A stretch of 36,802 nucleotides of DNA from NCBI GenBank assembly GCA_002633005.1, contig NMRA01000018.1, forward strand, positions 840,275 to 877,076, given 5' to 3'. This stretch comes from Phoronis australis. Lineage: Eukaryota > Animalia > Phoronida. Under the pieces are notes generated by a model. It was not told the origin of the DNA. It did no database searches and saw nothing but the letters and a program-made list of their open reading frames with translations. Position 1 is the stretch's first letter. Every line of letters begins with the position of its first letter. Shown here piece after piece: positions 34,661 through 36,802 of this stretch. The translations under genes and the position numbers were made by a program.

Positions 34661-35367
34661 TAGTTTAGAGATGCAGCCATGGAATCATTTCTATCCCATG
34701 CACTAGGTCCAGTGCTCTATATAGTCTATTGCAAACCCAGTCCCATGGCCTGGAAATTGAACATCACAGTGTCACGCAGGAAATTATTTCTCGCAACTGA
34801 TACTGTGCACCTCCGAGTTGTACATAATCTCCCAGAAAAGTAAACGTTAACAACCAAGCTCGACAAAGTCATGAACCATTAAAGACTCGATTGCAGGTTT
34901 GAAACACAACTCCCGAGGATAGACACTACGCCTACACGGATACGTCGACTTCGAATGACTCGGGATAGCGACAGAAATACATGTAGTTGAGAGAACCGAG
35001 GTTCAAATTTATCTTGTTGTCACTATTAAGAATCAAGCTGTGATTTTCAAATGTTTGTACTTATGATTTCTTGTTTAGCTGACAAGAAGTCCCAAAACAC
35101 CTAACTGACCGTGGTCGCCTGTGCTTGACATGTTTCTTTTCCGTCACCTGATTCATGTGCATTATAGGTACATGTAATCTCTCCACTGGCAACCCCGCAT
35201 AAATAATGAGGTTTGGCTGAAGGTCCGCCCACTTTTTATAAATTTTAAAACATTAGTTGTAAAATAACGAGAGTATGTACATGGCTGTAATTTACGAAAA
35301 GTGTCAATTTTAGTGATATCTTTCAATTGGCAAAGCTCAATTTGTGATCTAAGCGGGTGAAAGTAAA

Positions 35368-35384
35368 GGAAATAGTGACTTTAA
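35368..35384. mobile_element. Candidate right terminus of the old Kolobok carrying KolX
   Basis: GGAAATAGTGACT|TTAA (YY terminus plus TTAA) upstream of KolX. No partner TIR found. Confidence 0.3.
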
Positions 35385-35683
35385 GATAAGCACACTAAAA
35401 GACACCATAACCAAAACGTTATAGAAGCAGGAAGCAACAAAAAGTGCAGTGTATACATGATGAAATCAGGAAATTACAAGGGAATTGAGTTACAGAATCA
35501 GAAAGGCTGAATGCAGTGAAAACAATAGGTGACTCTACAAGCATCACATTTCACACATGTTATAAGTGATACAAACCAGATTAACTGTAGTCCCATCAGA
35601 CAGATTGAGTGAACCCTACTCCCCTTAATGTAAGGTTTTATAAGGTATGTTTGGTTGAAGCACTCATAATTTTGATACCTTAA

Positions 35684-36802
35684 GGTAGGTGTATACACTG
35701 GTCAAATCTCCAGGTTCCTAACTAAATGAGTAAAAAGGGAGTTTCAACTAGTTAAACATGACTTTGAAAGTGACAAACATCAAAAAAAAAAATTGTAGTT
35801 CGTTTTTTTAAAAAATCGTATTTTTTAATTTTACCTAATTTTTTTTTCAAAATGCACAGGGATTATTATCAACTGTTTCCTTACGCAATATTCTACTTAT
35901 CCATACCAAATATATGTACAAAATCATTATGATCGGATTTTGCGGCATTTTTTGCGATTGAGTTGGGGTAAGCACGCCGTTTTTTTGTCATTTGATTACT
36001 TTCCGTCTAAAAAATTTGGTCCATGTATCAAAAAAACTGGCACCCGATTTTACTTCAGTCTTAGAGGATTTCAAATTTGCAAATTTCGTAAAAATTTACC
36101 CACGTGTTGCGGAAAAATTGGCCCGAGAATCTTGTCACCATCCTGAAATCACGAGCCGCGAAAAACGGCTTTGAATTTAAGCGGTCTTCGATTGCCACTT
36201 GAGATCAAATTTCGTTCAGAATGCGTGGTCATTATGTTCCAAGTTTTGTTTAAGTTCTAGAAATAAAGCTGATATTTACTTCATGTTTAGAAAATGTGAC
36301 ATACCTGTTTGTTTACAGCGTAATTTTAATCATTTTTTCGAACTTGTGAAGCACGACAGACGACCAAAACAAATATGTCTGTCACGTGGGCAGAGCTTAG
36401 CGTTGATCTATTGTCTGCTGTACTGTTGTGCCCACCATGTGTTGATTGTTTATACGATTCATCTGAACTCTCCACTCAGTGTAGTAAAAGACTCTCTAAC
36501 TATATTGCACAGACCTATTTGTTAGTTAGTATTCCAATATTATTATCAACCAATACATGTGTTATATCCAATCGCCGCGTTACTGTCTACATAACAATAT
36601 TGGCGACGAGGATAAAGAACTACTTTCACAGTAATGGTTCAGCAATTTTACGTGCCTGTACCGAATGGACTTTGGGATAAGAAAATATCACTTTCTGCGC
36701 AAATAGCGTCGCTTGGTTGAGATTCTCAAGTTACCAAAGTTTCTTACATTGCTAACCTCTAAAATCGTACAATATCATGAGTTTTAATTCAGGGGTACGT
36801 TT
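35684..36802. mobile_element. Second copy of Kolobok module B, inverted, running off the window end
   Basis: TTAA|GGTAGGTGTATACACTG start, with continuous reverse-complement homology to 28497-27360. Confidence 0.88.
36380..36613 (+). repeat. LTR-like unit (36380-36596) plus 13-nt tRNA-Ser(GCU) PBS in module B copy 2
   Basis: TGTCACGT...AGTAAA...ACATAACA-ATAT-TGGCGACGAGGAT, followed by an ATG ~20 nt downstream. Confidence 0.65.

Overview
This is AT-rich eukaryotic DNA, most likely from a marine invertebrate draft assembly (inferred from the repeat families). It has two N gaps, at 6846-7063 and 25572-26418. No intact host gene is recognisable; the window is a dense, nested transposon graveyard. 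(1) A rearranged Ty3/Gypsy (Mag-like) LTR retrotransposon lies on the minus strand at 13338-17950. It has ~115-bp LTRs, an AGGGG TSD, a tRNA-Ser(GCU)-type PBS, a PPT and a frameshifted PR-RT-RH-IN pol. Its gag is deleted from the normal position, and part of gag sits inverted inside the integrase. (2) A Kolobok cluster occupies 22272-36802: a THAP-bearing element with TTAA TSDs, an Academ-like derivative nested in it, and decayed intron-containing Kolobok transposase and KolX genes. Two inverted copies of a Kolobok-ended module also lie here, each carrying an LTR-like unit plus a 13-nt tRNA-Ser PBS. (3) The rest includes CR1/L2-group LINE 3' ends, Helitron-like termini, an ISL2EU-like element, hAT-like MITEs, and a MITE family with ~10-bp TSDs. 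All family assignments come from motifs recognised by eye, not from database searches.
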